A stretch of 52,749 nt of DNA from a virus (IMGVR_UViG_3300044617_001342:1-52749), one strand, 5' to 3'. Counted from the stretch's first letter, positions 21,095 through 32,033 are shown. Translations and numbers: made by a program. Notes: a model not told the origin generated them from the sequence alone.

Positions 21095-21627
21095 CAGTTG
21101 ATAGAATCTATGCACCGGTTATTCCTAATACAAATCAATCTCCAACTTCTTTACCAGGAGTAACTTTATCAGGAGATCTTCCTTATATAACTCTTACTTC
21201 TTCTGGTAAATCAGGAGAATTATATACACGAACTCCTTTTATATCTAATATCTCTGGAAACACAGCAGATTATCTTGGTCAATTATTTTTAAATTCAACT
21301 TTTGATCTTTCATATAATTATCTACATTTGATTTATGGATTTATTCCAAATTATTATATTGATGTACATAAAAATATAGAAGTTTCAATGTCTCGGACAA
21401 CTGGTCCTTTTTACTTACCAAAAGGAGCATCAAGACCTGGTGGAAATAAAGAAATTCGTTGGGAAGTTATAACTATTTCCTATAATACTGCTTCTTTTTT
21501 AACAAATCTTTCTGGTGCGTCATCTACCGCAATAACTGGTTTAAATATTATACATGATATTGTTCCCGGTGGTCAAACATTAACAGGTGAGTATATTTTT
21601 TATAGAAAAATAGGCGAACTTTCTTAA
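21091..21627 (+). CDS. Hypothetical AT-rich protein
   Basis: ATGA-coupled ORF. Confidence 0.55.
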   Translation: MTVDRIYAPVIPNTNQSPTSLPGVTLSGDLPYITLTSSGKSGELYTRTPFISNISGNTADYLGQLFLNSTFDLSYNYLHLIYGFIPNYYIDVHKNIEVSMSRTTGPFYLPKGASRPGGNKEIRWEVITISYNTASFLTNLSGASSTAITGLNIIHDIVPGGQTLTGEYIFYRKIGELS

Positions 21628-21632
21628 TAAAG

Positions 21633-22181
21633 ATGTTTCATATGTTAATCGGCATTGATTACTCCATAACCTGCCCATGTCTTTGTCTTTATGATGAACG
21701 CAAAGAATTTAAATTTGATAATTGTTTTTTCTATTATCTGACCAACACCAAGAAATATGCTGATAAGATTGCTCCAAATATTACTGGAGAATCTTTTCAG
21801 GAATATATTCAAGATGTCGATAGATTTGATACCATATCCCAATGGGCTTCCAATCTTTGCATAGGGGCTGCAGATATAGCCGTAGAAGGGTATTCATTCG
21901 GTTCCAAAGGCCGAGTTTTCAATCTGGCTGAGAATATGGGAATCCTGAAGCATAAGCTTTATAAGCTCGCCATTCCTGTGACCATCATTGAGCCATCCAG
22001 AGTCAAGAAATGCGCCACGGGCAAAGGTAATGCTGATAAACAGGCAATGTACGAAGCCTTCACCAAAGAAACAAAAACCGATCTTTTGTCGGTCTTTGAT
22101 CAGAAAACTTTGAGCAATCCTGTTACGGATGTTATTGACAGTTATTATATTTTAAAGGCAATGATTCAGTCCAGAAATTAA
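21633..22181 (+). CDS. RuvC-like Holliday junction resolvase / RNase H-fold nuclease
   Basis: IGIDYS, IAVEGYSFG, VKKCATGKGNADK, DVIDSY. Confidence 0.8.
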   Translation: MFHMLIGIDYSITCPCLCLYDERKEFKFDNCFFYYLTNTKKYADKIAPNITGESFQEYIQDVDRFDTISQWASNLCIGAADIAVEGYSFGSKGRVFNLAENMGILKHKLYKLAIPVTIIEPSRVKKCATGKGNADKQAMYEAFTKETKTDLLSVFDQKTLSNPVTDVIDSYYILKAMIQSRN

Positions 22182-22483
22182 CGGACAATACGTCCAGCAT
22201 TCATTTTGGCACTGTTGTCCAATTTTTCATGGAATCTTTTTGGAACCTGACCGCTACTCTTAATTTTGTCAATTACTTCTTTAAACTGACTTCCAACGAC
22301 CTTTGAAGGGGTCAGAGTAGCATCCATTGCTAGTGATGGTGTGCTGGCTTGCCAATCTTTTATAATTTTCTTTTTTTTGCACTTTGGGCAGGGTTTCTCT
22401 AACGGAGTATTACGCTCTGAAAGACTTAATATCTCATCAAAGGTATGGTCACAATTTTCACACTTAAAGGCATAATTAGGCAT
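22178..22483 (-). CDS. FmdB-family zinc-ribbon protein
   Basis: MPNYAFKCENCDHTFD..PCPKC. Confidence 0.8.
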   Translation of the reverse strand: MPNYAFKCENCDHTFDEILSLSERNTPLEKPCPKCKKKKIIKDWQASTPSLAMDATLTPSKVVGSQFKEVIDKIKSSGQVPKRFHEKLDNSAKMNAGRIVR

Positions 22484-22970
22484 TTTTTTTCTTTCTAAAG
22501 GTAATTAGCATAGAATCAAACAAGAAGCCATAGGATGGTTCTTTTGGCTTTGATTTTAATTCCATTTTGGCTTCCTTAGGAGTTCTGTTTCCTTTAAGAA
22601 GATTACAATCTCTGCAAGCAGCCACCATGTTAACCCATGATGATGCACCACCCTTAGACCTTGGTATAACATGATCGACTGTGGCGTCTTTATTGTTTAA
22701 TTCAATTCCACAATACTGACAGCAAAATTGATCTCTTCGCAGAATATTTTGACGAGAACAAGAAGCTTTTTTATATGGCAACTTTACATAATACTTTAAA
22801 ATTAAAATTTTGGGAATTTTAACAATTTTAGAAACAGATTTAACTTCATAGCACTCGTTTGAGTCATCACCCCAAACCTTATCCCTGCTTATGAGTTTAT
22901 AGGCTTTATTAATGGTAATGATATTCAGAGGGGTATTATCTTGATTTAGCAAGAGTACCTGTTTCTTCAT
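22476..22970 (-). CDS. HNH endonuclease (McrA-like)
   Basis: VLLLN, RDQFCCQYCG, TVDHVIPRSKGG..WVNMVAACRDCN..KG; CATAAATA (-) at 22981-22988. Confidence 0.9.
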   Translation of the reverse strand: MKKQVLLLNQDNTPLNIITINKAYKLISRDKVWGDDSNECYEVKSVSKIVKIPKILILKYYVKLPYKKASCSRQNILRRDQFCCQYCGIELNNKDATVDHVIPRSKGGASSWVNMVAACRDCNLLKGNRTPKEAKMELKSKPKEPSYGFLFDSMLITFRKKKNA

Positions 22971-23010
22971 ATTCTTTAAGTATTTATGTAAATCTAAATA
23001 TTTCATAGCC

Positions 23011-25389
23011 ATGGATAATAAACAAGATAGACAATTTTATTGGGAAGTCAAGGATTTCTTGGGAAAAAATAATCAATCTAACTCTTCAAAAGTTAGTAAA
23101 CCAGAATCCTTAAAGGAATGTATCTCAAAGACCATCATCAAAAATGATGCTCTCTATAGACCTTCCATCATTCCACCCGTACCATTGACCGAGGATATTA
23201 TTTCCAGCGTCAATTCGTTGCTATCCTTGAATGAATCACATATAAAAAATAATTCCCACAACATTACAAAAAGTATGTTCAATTTGACAGAAGCCCCTGC
23301 GCCAGCATTTGGTGGTGGTAGCCTTAGCGGTGGAGCAAGTGGAAGATCATTTGATTCTTCTCGTAGATCTGGTTCATCATGGAGAGAACGTAATCCAGAA
23401 GAATATCAGCAAAATGTTGAGATGAGATTGGCAAGACAAAGAGAAGCTGAAGAAAATAGAAGAAAAGTTGCAACAGACAGTCAACGCAGAAGAGCTGAAG
23501 ATGAAACTTACCAGTATGGGCAGGCTATGAAAGATGCAGGTTCTGATGCCCAACTTGAAATGGATTCTAATAGACCTGGTATTGCTGCAGATACAGCAGC
23601 AAACCGAGCCAAACTTCAATCATGGCGTGGTGAAAAAGACAGAGAAAAAAGAGCTACAAGTATTGCCAAAACCATAGAAACAGTATCTGGTAAAGATCCT
23701 GCTTCGCTGACTTCTAAAGAAGCCAGTGAACTTCAGATGGCAAAAATTTATATGGGTGGTGGTCAATATTCCAAAGGAGACGCCAGCCTAGAAGGTAGAG
23801 TAAAAGATAAATTAACAAATAGCCAAGCATTGAAAAATAAAGCTGAGGCCCTACAAGGACCAACTCCAGATGGCGGAAATGTAACCGATTCATTTGCTAC
23901 CCCTGATGCTGCCATGAAGTCAACTTTAGGAAGAAGTGTAGAAGATCTTGCACAAACAACTCAAACTGCTTTCTCACGTGAAGCAGCAATTAAGAGACAA
24001 GAAGATAAAGCTTTTGATGATAGAGTTAAAGAAGAACGTTATCAAAGCATGAAAGATAAAGTAGTTCAAGGTACCAATATGACTTATGGTGAATTTGAAG
24101 CTAAGACTGGAAGAAGATTCAATGCTACTGATGCCCGTGACAGTTCATTGATTAGTAACTTGGCTGGTGCTGGTAGCAGAGGAAGATCAGAACAAGCTAA
24201 ACAACTTGATCTTACTACTGATCAATTTAACAGCAGATATGCTGAACAAAATAAAGATCTTGCACAACGACAAGGTACAGCAGATCGTGCATATGATCAA
24301 TCTAAGTTTGAATCGGATAAATTCAAAAATGATCCTGCGTATAGAAAACAAGTCCAAGATGCGGAGACAGCAAAACTAATGCCACAAGTTAAAGCTCAAA
24401 TTGCAGCCGATGAAGCAAAACGTGTTGCAGCAGAAACTGCAGGCAGAGAACAAGCAAGAATAGCAAAAGATAAAATAACAAAAACTGATCTTGAAAAATC
24501 TAAAAATCTTATCCCAAGTCTTTCTTCTTTTTCTGATAAAGATAAATTGGCAGCTAAAATTGATGCTATGCAAGGACCAAATCCAGATGGTGGAAACGCA
24601 TCAAGTAAATTCTTACCACCAGCTGAAGATTTTGTTTCTCTTAAGCCCGAAGAAGAAAGCATAATTCCTTATCGCAGTGAAGAAGCAAAAGCCGCCAGTA
24701 ATGCAGAAGTACAAAAACAAGCAACTTATCGACAATACGCTGAAACACAAAAACGATTAGATGCAGAAAGAGAAAAATCAAATGCAGAAAGACAAAAATT
24801 AAATGCAGAAAATGAAAGAAAACAAAAAGAATTATCAAATCCACGTTACCAACCTGGATTGAGTTCTCGTTTGGAAGGACCCCCTTCACCAGAAACTCAA
24901 AAAATTATTGATCAAGAAATGTCAGATCGTGCCGGTCTTCAATCATATAGAACTCAAAGAGATTTAGAAGGACCAATCAGAGATTTAATTGGTGATGTTC
25001 CATTGAGTAAAGATGATTTTACGCGCAACAGAAATCAAGCAGCTGCCGAAAAACTTGCAACTCAAGCAGAATATAATGAATACGTGATACAAAAGAAAGA
25101 TGCCGAAAAAACAGCAAGAAGCAGAGGTGTAAATCCTTCTGCACTAGAACCAATTCAAAGTTTTGATGAATGGAAAAAATCAAAACAAAAACAATCATCT
25201 GATGCTGCTTTTGCTAATCAGCCGAGACCTGAATTTACTCAAAATGTTTCAAGTGCTTCCAAAGCACCAAACGAATATGTATCTCTAATAAATAGTTTTA
25301 CTTCTCCTAAAGTTGGCCGCGAACCAATCGAACCTGGAAGTAAACAAGATGTTGATAGACAATTAAAGAGACTAAGGGGAGGACAATGA
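23011..25389 (+). CDS. Large charged helical hypothetical protein (probable virion internal protein)
   Basis: TCTAAATA 22993-23000; LNE/LTE sites near N-terminus; QGPxPDGGN repeated twice. Confidence 0.6.
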   Translation: MDNKQDRQFYWEVKDFLGKNNQSNSSKVSKPESLKECISKTIIKNDALYRPSIIPPVPLTEDIISSVNSLLSLNESHIKNNSHNITKSMFNLTEAPAPAFGGGSLSGGASGRSFDSSRRSGSSWRERNPEEYQQNVEMRLARQREAEENRRKVATDSQRRRAEDETYQYGQAMKDAGSDAQLEMDSNRPGIAADTAANRAKLQSWRGEKDREKRATSIAKTIETVSGKDPASLTSKEASELQMAKIYMGGGQYSKGDASLEGRVKDKLTNSQALKNKAEALQGPTPDGGNVTDSFATPDAAMKSTLGRSVEDLAQTTQTAFSREAAIKRQEDKAFDDRVKEERYQSMKDKVVQGTNMTYGEFEAKTGRRFNATDARDSSLISNLAGAGSRGRSEQAKQLDLTTDQFNSRYAEQNKDLAQRQGTADRAYDQSKFESDKFKNDPAYRKQVQDAETAKLMPQVKAQIAADEAKRVAAETAGREQARIAKDKITKTDLEKSKNLIPSLSSFSDKDKLAAKIDAMQGPNPDGGNASSKFLPPAEDFVSLKPEEESIIPYRSEEAKAASNAEVQKQATYRQYAETQKRLDAEREKSNAERQKLNAENERKQKELSNPRYQPGLSSRLEGPPSPETQKIIDQEMSDRAGLQSYRTQRDLEGPIRDLIGDVPLSKDDFTRNRNQAAAEKLATQAEYNEYVIQKKDAEKTARSRGVNPSALEPIQSFDEWKKSKQKQSSDAAFANQPRPEFTQNVSSASKAPNEYVSLINSFTSPKVGREPIEPGSKQDVDRQLKRLRGGQ

Positions 25390-27485
25390 TGCCACGCAAA
25401 CTCCACCCACTAACAGAAGTTCTTCTAGAACAAAGATACCAACAGAATTTTCTTCAAGAAAGAATTGATGATGGTGGAGATGGTGCGTTTTCTTGGAATA
25501 GATTAGCCAAAGCCAAAGGTAAAACTGCAGAAGATTTGCTGCAAGATTATGCCGATGCCAGTATAAAATACACACCGGGCGTAGAAGGTATGTCTTATGC
25601 AGAAGTTCCTTTTGCCAGAGAAGATCCTGAAGCATATGGTAAACTAAGATCAGAATTGGCCAAGGAAATGGTACTTGCCCGTAAAAAAGCTTTTGATGAC
25701 CGTCAAAAAGCTATTGCAGGTGGAATTCCAGATCCTATTCAGGTTGATGATACAGAAATATTAAAAAGAGCTCTTGCAAATAAACCAAAACTAGCTCAAA
25801 TACTTACACGCGATGAGTATGAAAGTTTGGCGGGAGAGATTACCAATCCACTAGAAATACAATCTACTGTAAAAGACGAAACAGGAAAAGAATATTCTAA
25901 AGCACCTATTTCAATGGAAAAATGGGGTGGCATAAGTGATAATTCTGCTGCACTTTATGATTTTTTGCGTGGTGCTCAAGAAAGTTTAACCACACCTGAA
26001 GGTCTTGCAAAAGGTGCAGCATTTGGAGCAGGATTTAAAGCATTAGGAATGGGTGCAGGTGCACTTGGTAAAGTTGTTGCACCAAAAATTGCAAAGTTTG
26101 TTCCTAAATTCTTGCCATCTATTACCAAATATTTTCCCGGTGCTATTGGAAAAGCAAGAGATGCTGCTGAAATGGGATCGGCTGTAGGACAATCTGCTGT
26201 AAACCTTGCTGGACTTGGTGCAATGGGTTATGGTGCATATCAAGCCGGCCAAGAAGGAAAGCTTTCAAGATTTGCTGGTGAAGTTGCTGGTGGTGTTCTT
26301 CCTTTTGGTGTTGGTAGAGATGTTACAGGTGTAGCAATTCCAGCAGGAATCAAAGCAGCACCCGCAGCATATGCCAAAGGAAAAGAAATTGCTGGAGATG
26401 TAGGCGCAGTTGCCAAAGGTACTGCAGAATCTTTAGGAGCAGCAGGTGGTAAAGTGGCAGGGGCAGCTCGTTCCGTGGCTCGCGGTATTGCAGATACTCC
26501 ATGGAGTGAAATTCCTTCAAATGTAGGAACTGCAGCTAAAGATTTGGTTTTTTCTGCAAAAGAAATGTATCCTTTTAATTATAAAATTATTAAAGGAAAA
26601 GCAGGAACAGTACCTACAAATAGATCTTGGGATCTACCAACTGGTGAACGTTCATGGGAGACTGGACTAGGTTATGATATTATAGCTGATGCTGAAGGTA
26701 ATATTGTAGGAGAAAGACCAACAATACCGACTGATCCATCTTCTCTTACAGTTAAACCTTCAAATGTATCTTCATCTGAACCAGTAAGCCGTGCCAAACA
26801 AGGTGCAGCAGCTACTGTAGCCCTTGCTATGGCTGCACGTGGTACAGGTGTACCCAGCCCCGCCGTTGATGTAGTTAAACCCTCTGAGTCTATGGTTTCT
26901 ACAGAAACAGCTCCCAGAGAAACTATGGGAAATATTGAGATGAGAAACCCAACTGCACCTCCTGAATCTGGAGCATCAACTTCCAGAACAACTACTGCAC
27001 CTGCAGCAGAATCAGGAGCAAAAGGAGCAGATACAGGATCTTCATCCAGAATTCCTGTAACAACAAGTTCTTCAGATAAAACTACTTCAACAACTAGTTA
27101 CAGTACTAAAGCTTCCAATAAATTTCAAAATGATTGGTGGAAGAAATTAGACAATAAAAATACATCAACATCAACTGCGCCTGCTAAAGGCAAGGTAAAC
27201 TTTAATACTGTTGATCAAACCAATACCAATAGAATAAGTCAAGCCAATACTGTTGGTGGTACCCCATTTGTTCCTCCTGTAGTTCCAATGACAACTACTC
27301 CTCCAAAGGAACCGCCATCAACTCCTCCAACAGTTCCACCAACATTGCCAACTTTGAAATTTGGTGGTGGTGAAAGCCGTGGTAGTGATCTTGATGATTC
27401 TCGTCGTAGACAAATGGCAGGAACTGATATCAATGCCATATTGAGAAGTTTGTTCCCATCTTCTCAAACAATTTCAATTGAATAA
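25386..27485 (+). CDS. Large Gly/Ala-rich hypothetical protein (probable virion/ejection protein)
   Basis: LTE/LLE/LQE N-terminal sites, amphipathic Gly/Ala helices, Ser/Thr/Pro-rich tail. Confidence 0.6.
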   Translation: MMPRKLHPLTEVLLEQRYQQNFLQERIDDGGDGAFSWNRLAKAKGKTAEDLLQDYADASIKYTPGVEGMSYAEVPFAREDPEAYGKLRSELAKEMVLARKKAFDDRQKAIAGGIPDPIQVDDTEILKRALANKPKLAQILTRDEYESLAGEITNPLEIQSTVKDETGKEYSKAPISMEKWGGISDNSAALYDFLRGAQESLTTPEGLAKGAAFGAGFKALGMGAGALGKVVAPKIAKFVPKFLPSITKYFPGAIGKARDAAEMGSAVGQSAVNLAGLGAMGYGAYQAGQEGKLSRFAGEVAGGVLPFGVGRDVTGVAIPAGIKAAPAAYAKGKEIAGDVGAVAKGTAESLGAAGGKVAGAARSVARGIADTPWSEIPSNVGTAAKDLVFSAKEMYPFNYKIIKGKAGTVPTNRSWDLPTGERSWETGLGYDIIADAEGNIVGERPTIPTDPSSLTVKPSNVSSSEPVSRAKQGAAATVALAMAARGTGVPSPAVDVVKPSESMVSTETAPRETMGNIEMRNPTAPPESGASTSRTTTAPAAESGAKGADTGSSSRIPVTTSSSDKTTSTTSYSTKASNKFQNDWWKKLDNKNTSTSTAPAKGKVNFNTVDQTNTNRISQANTVGGTPFVPPVVPMTTTPPKEPPSTPPTVPPTLPTLKFGGGESRGSDLDDSRRRQMAGTDINAILRSLFPSSQTISIE

Positions 27486-27505
27486 TAAAAAACCTGTGTT
27501 ATAAT
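27478..27505 (+). promoter_or_regulatory. sigma70-like promoter TTGAAT-16-TATAAT
   Basis: Read directly. Confidence 0.65.
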
Positions 27506-27527
27506 GTAGGTTATATATTGTGTACAT

Positions 27528-28178
27528 ATGAATAATTTTTTACATAAACCTATTGTTATTGATAATGAATTAAAAGAAGTAACCATCGAAGGAAAACGTT
27601 TCTATGAAACGCCCGGTGGTATATTTCCCAGTGTAACTACCGTAGTTGGCTGGGATAAACAAAATTTTTTTGCTGACTGGAGAAGAAAAAATCCAGAAGA
27701 AAGCAAAAGAGTTACTTCTCGTGGAACAAAATTTCATAGTTTGATTGAAAATTATCTCAACAATGAAGAGATTGATTTTGATAATATGATACCAAACTTC
27801 AAGGTTTTATTCAATCAATTAAAACCAGAAATTGATAAAATTCAAAATATCGTAGCCCTTGAAACTCCACTCTGGTCACAGACTTTGGGCTTGGCTGGAC
27901 GAACAGACTGCATTGCAGAATACGATGGAAAACTTTCCATTATCGATTTCAAAGCAAGCAGCAAAGAAAAAAGAAAATCGGATATTGAAAATTACTTTAC
28001 ACAGGCTACAGCATATGCCTTGATGTTCCAAGAAAGAACTGGCATTATTGTTGAGAATTTCGCCATTCTTATTTCATGTGAAGATGGAATGAAGCAAGTG
28101 TTTCAAGACAAACCGATTAATTATGTCAAAAAATTAAAACAAGCCATTACGAGATACAAAACCCATGCATTATCGTGA
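27528..28178 (+). CDS. PD-(D/E)XK exonuclease (T4-like conserved)
   Basis: PSVTTV, RGTKFH, LAGRTDCIAEYDGKLSIIDFK, YFTQATAYA. Confidence 0.88.
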   Translation: MNNFLHKPIVIDNELKEVTIEGKRFYETPGGIFPSVTTVVGWDKQNFFADWRRKNPEESKRVTSRGTKFHSLIENYLNNEEIDFDNMIPNFKVLFNQLKPEIDKIQNIVALETPLWSQTLGLAGRTDCIAEYDGKLSIIDFKASSKEKRKSDIENYFTQATAYALMFQERTGIIVENFAILISCEDGMKQVFQDKPINYVKKLKQAITRYKTHALS

Positions 28179-28755
28179 ATTAAAAACACTTGAACAAATC
28201 GTCAATACTAGAGGCAGCAGACTCTGGTTGAAGATGAATGACAATTCAAAGGCAGCAAAGCAAAGACATATGTTTGTGGAAGCACATGGTGGTTTCTTTA
28301 AACAAGAAGGACGATACTGGATATGGGTTTGTCCAGAGGATGAACAGAACGGTTATTGGCTAAAGCGTGTCGATACAGATGAAAAGACATTTTTTAGCAA
28401 TATGTCTGAATTTGCCGCATCTCAGGGAATGACCGCTGTAAAAATTTGCGAACTTTTAAATGGAAAGCGCAAGACCTACAAAGGGTGGACTGCTGTTGAA
28501 ATCCGAGAAGTAAAGGAAACTGAAGGTTCTCACGTAAAAGTTAAGAAAAAACCCCCTGAAAAGATAGCAATAACTAAACAGGTGGTATTCCAAGATAGAA
28601 CCACGAAACAACTCTATATCGTGGATAATATTAATAAATTTGCCAAAGAAAACAATTTAGATTCACATGCCTTATATAAGGTAGCCCGTGGAAAGAATAA
28701 AAGTTATAAAAATTTGGTAGTTTATAACCCTTTAGACAATATAGGGAATTCCTAG
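28165..28755 (+). CDS. Protein with two NUMOD1-like HTH DNA-binding repeats
   Basis: NMSEFA..ICELLNGKRKTYKGW and NINKFA..LYKVARGKNKSYK. Confidence 0.55.
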   Translation: MHYRELKTLEQIVNTRGSRLWLKMNDNSKAAKQRHMFVEAHGGFFKQEGRYWIWVCPEDEQNGYWLKRVDTDEKTFFSNMSEFAASQGMTAVKICELLNGKRKTYKGWTAVEIREVKETEGSHVKVKKKPPEKIAITKQVVFQDRTTKQLYIVDNINKFAKENNLDSHALYKVARGKNKSYKNLVVYNPLDNIGNS

Positions 28756-28773
28756 AGTGATAAATAATTTAAG

Positions 28774-31167
28774 ATGAACTTCAAGGATATTATCAAACTT
28801 ACAGAAGCCGCCAGCACTTCCGCAGATTCTTTCAGAACTACTGGAGAAGCCATGCGTAAAGATTCAGCCAAATCGGGTGCATCCAACGATAGGGCCAAGG
28901 ACGCTGCACGTAAGCGTGCAGAGCGTGCCAAGCAGGTCCCAAGAGATAGAAAATCCAAGGGTGAGCTCGTAAGAGAGATGATTGCGGTAAAGACTCAATC
29001 TGGAAGAGTTCAGTTGATCTTCAAAGATTCCTTCAATAAGAATCTTCACACCAAGCTCAATAAAAGCGATGTGTTAACTGAAGATGAAGCAAAGCAATAT
29101 ACTGGTGATGCAAACTTTGAACAGACAAGAGCATCTAAATTATTGTTTGGAGATGTAAAATCCAAAGAAAAGAAAGAGCCAGAAAAGAAAAAGGGCAGGG
29201 AAGAGGAAACCAAGGAAAAGAAAGCAAAGCCATCTGAAGATGATGCTGAAGCACAAGGTCAACCTCAAAAAGCCAGAAGACTTTCAAAAGAAGAAATTCT
29301 TCAAGCCATGCAAGGTATGAATGGCGAACAATTGGCTGGAATGCCAAAAGAACTTCAACAAGAATATTTTCAAAGTATCCGAGCACCAATGGCATCAAAA
29401 GATTTTGATGTCCTTAACTTTGAAAATTTGAGCGTTGAGTTTGGTATCAATTCTCTTTCCAGCACCCCATACAATCAACAAGTACTGAATGCTTTGTTGT
29501 TTGTTGCAAAGCTAAAGGCTGGAGCAAGCGAACAAGAATTACAAACACTAATGGCTACCAGTGCAGGATCCATGGATTTTACCAAGACTGCATTCTTGCA
29601 AGCCAGCAAGATTCTATCACAGATTGGTGATGAGTGCATTCAAAATCTAGTATCTAGCATCGAAGCCGGAACCAGTGGAATGTATTCGGAAGGAACACCG
29701 GAACTTCAATGCGGTGAATACAAATTCAAGATTTCTGCTGGTGGTGAATTCACGATCAACACCAATTCATTGAATCAAAGCGGTAAGATAATTCGTGGAA
29801 TTATCGGTGGTGCCATCTCAAGAACATTGATGGATCCAAAAATCGCCGCATCAGATCCGACAGTCAAGAAACTATTGAATGATGTTGAAGCATCTGGAGA
29901 AAATTATTCTGCTCAATTGCTTCCAGACGAGTCAGTTGCAGCTATTTTGACTAACCCAGAATTGGTAAAACAATTCCAGTCTTATGAAGTTTTTTCACCT
30001 TCCGGCAAAAGTCTTGGTTTTGCAATCGATGCAAATGGAAATGTAAATCCCGCAATTTCTGTATCTGCTTATCAGAATTCCATAAACAAAGCAGGCCAAG
30101 AGTTGTTCAAGGGTGGCAAGAAAAATACATTCTTGAAATCCTTGACTGCAAACGTTATGAAGACTTCACTTCGTGGTGATGGTATGACTGATCCCAAGAT
30201 GTCACCAAACCATGTCATTACAGCGAATGGTATTTTTAAACTTACAGATGATTATATCGATGAAGTTTCAAATAATGCCATTGTAACCGTAAAGAAATCA
30301 GATGATCTCATTGATAATTCTAATTTGTCTTCTTATAAGAAATCTGCAATAAACAATCTACAAAAATGGCGTACAGTTGTAGAAGAAACCGAGCCTAAAG
30401 CAGCCAAGAAGACAGATATTAAAAAGCTTTTTATAGACAGAAAAACAATTGATCCACTGGGATTAATCGTACAGAATTCTATTCGAAATCTTTCTTTTGA
30501 TATCAATGCAAGCCTTTTGCCCGGATTCAAGCCTGAAGATATCAATGCCGTAGAATATAACTATGTAACGATTGGTAAAAAGACAACAAAGATTCCAGTT
30601 GTAAGAAGTGAAAAACTTTCTACCCAATTGATTGGTGAAAATTATTCTGTAATCAATGAAATGCTTGTAGAAGCATTAACAAATAATTTCTTATTGTCAA
30701 GATTGAATCAAGTAAAAATACTTGATGATGGTGAAAGAAATCTTATTGAAAAATATGGCCCACTTCTTTTGGAAGAAGAAGATCTAAAAGTAGGATGCTT
30801 AATTCCTATGTTGAATAAGATCTATTCTCTTACAGAAAAAAATTCAGATTATCTTGTTCCACTCTTTGAAGAAATAATTGATTCGGATCTAGAAGAAGAA
30901 TACAAGAGAGATTATAAAAAAGAATACCGAAATTATCACGGTAAGAAAAAGCAGAAAAAAGAACGTGCTGCTAGAACAGCCGCAAGAGAATTGATGATTC
31001 GCAAAGGAGTCGTCAAAAAGGGATCTAAGAAAGATATAGATCACAAGAAGGCTTTGCGCAATGGTGGTTCCAATGGTATAAATAATTTGCGTCTCAGAGA
31101 TAGATCTGACAATAGATCAGACAATGGTCATAAAAAAGGCGAGAAGCAAAACAAGGATTGGAAATGA
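28774..31167 (+). CDS. Large late protein with C-terminal HNH module
   Basis: GATAAATA 28759-28766; MNFKDIIKLTE leader; LEEE-YKRDYKKEY..DIDHKKALRNGGSN..NLR..NRS. Confidence 0.7.
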   Translation: MNFKDIIKLTEAASTSADSFRTTGEAMRKDSAKSGASNDRAKDAARKRAERAKQVPRDRKSKGELVREMIAVKTQSGRVQLIFKDSFNKNLHTKLNKSDVLTEDEAKQYTGDANFEQTRASKLLFGDVKSKEKKEPEKKKGREEETKEKKAKPSEDDAEAQGQPQKARRLSKEEILQAMQGMNGEQLAGMPKELQQEYFQSIRAPMASKDFDVLNFENLSVEFGINSLSSTPYNQQVLNALLFVAKLKAGASEQELQTLMATSAGSMDFTKTAFLQASKILSQIGDECIQNLVSSIEAGTSGMYSEGTPELQCGEYKFKISAGGEFTINTNSLNQSGKIIRGIIGGAISRTLMDPKIAASDPTVKKLLNDVEASGENYSAQLLPDESVAAILTNPELVKQFQSYEVFSPSGKSLGFAIDANGNVNPAISVSAYQNSINKAGQELFKGGKKNTFLKSLTANVMKTSLRGDGMTDPKMSPNHVITANGIFKLTDDYIDEVSNNAIVTVKKSDDLIDNSNLSSYKKSAINNLQKWRTVVEETEPKAAKKTDIKKLFIDRKTIDPLGLIVQNSIRNLSFDINASLLPGFKPEDINAVEYNYVTIGKKTTKIPVVRSEKLSTQLIGENYSVINEMLVEALTNNFLLSRLNQVKILDDGERNLIEKYGPLLLEEEDLKVGCLIPMLNKIYSLTEKNSDYLVPLFEEIIDSDLEEEYKRDYKKEYRNYHGKKKQKKERAARTAARELMIRKGVVKKGSKKDIDHKKALRNGGSNGINNLRLRDRSDNRSDNGHKKGEKQNKDWK

Positions 31168-32033
31168 AATCAAAGATTGCCAAAGTTTTAGTTGAAAAGA
31201 TTTTTTCAAAGTATAGCCATTCTTCTTCAAAGAAGAGAGATATCATTAGAAAAGATATCAATGAAAGCAAGGGCGATAGACCTGTTTTTGTAAAACCTGG
31301 TTTACTGGAACTAAAAGAAGCACATGATTTGTTCTTAGTAGAAGGTGCATCTAAAGTATTCAAGATGACTTTTGATTCCATCGAAGTAAAAAATTTACTT
31401 CCATGCGATATAATAATTAATGAGTCGGGTGACATGTTTGAAGTAGATTTGGTAGAACAGAATGAAGGAATTTATACTGTAACTTTTGTTGATCAGAACA
31501 ACTGCGAACTAAAAGAAGTCTTCACACCTGATACTGTTATGGGATTTGTTGATAACGTTGAGAGCACTTCTTATAATCAATTTGATGAAAAGATTGAAAT
31601 ATATGAAGATTCTGATAAAAAAGTCAAGTTGAATAAGATTATGCGCGGAGATGTAAAGAAATACAAAGTTTATGTAAAGAATGATAAAGGAAATGTTGTC
31701 AAAGTAAACTTTGGTGATCCTAACATGGAAATAAAGCGGGATAATCCTGCTAGACGTAAAAACTTCAGAGCAAGACACAATTGCGATAATCCAGGGCCCA
31801 GATGGAAGGCCAGATACTGGGCTTGCAAGACTTGGAGCAGCAAGCCTGTATCATCAATGCTCAAGGAAGAAACTGAATCACCAAAAGATGTAAAGTGGAA
31901 GACGATCACAGAAGAAATTTCTAATAAAACTTTAAATTCATTGCTAGAAAAAACTTATGATCCCAATCTATATGGTCTTGTAAATAACAAAACAAATTTA
32001 CATCTAAATATAAAGGATAGCCATGAAATTTAA
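31164..32033 (+). CDS. Hypothetical T4-like protein with conserved basic module
   Basis: KYKVYVKN..VNFGDPNM..RRKNFRARHNC..ARYWAC module common in T4-like phages. Confidence 0.65.
   Translation: MKSKIAKVLVEKIFSKYSHSSSKKRDIIRKDINESKGDRPVFVKPGLLELKEAHDLFLVEGASKVFKMTFDSIEVKNLLPCDIIINESGDMFEVDLVEQNEGIYTVTFVDQNNCELKEVFTPDTVMGFVDNVESTSYNQFDEKIEIYEDSDKKVKLNKIMRGDVKKYKVYVKNDKGNVVKVNFGDPNMEIKRDNPARRKNFRARHNCDNPGPRWKARYWACKTWSSKPVSSMLKEETESPKDVKWKTITEEISNKTLNSLLEKTYDPNLYGLVNNKTNLHLNIKDSHEI

Noticed and set aside
27528-28178. Cas4 / CRISPR-associated nuclease
   Set aside because: Lacks the four-Cys Fe-S motif; matches the ordinary T4-like exonuclease
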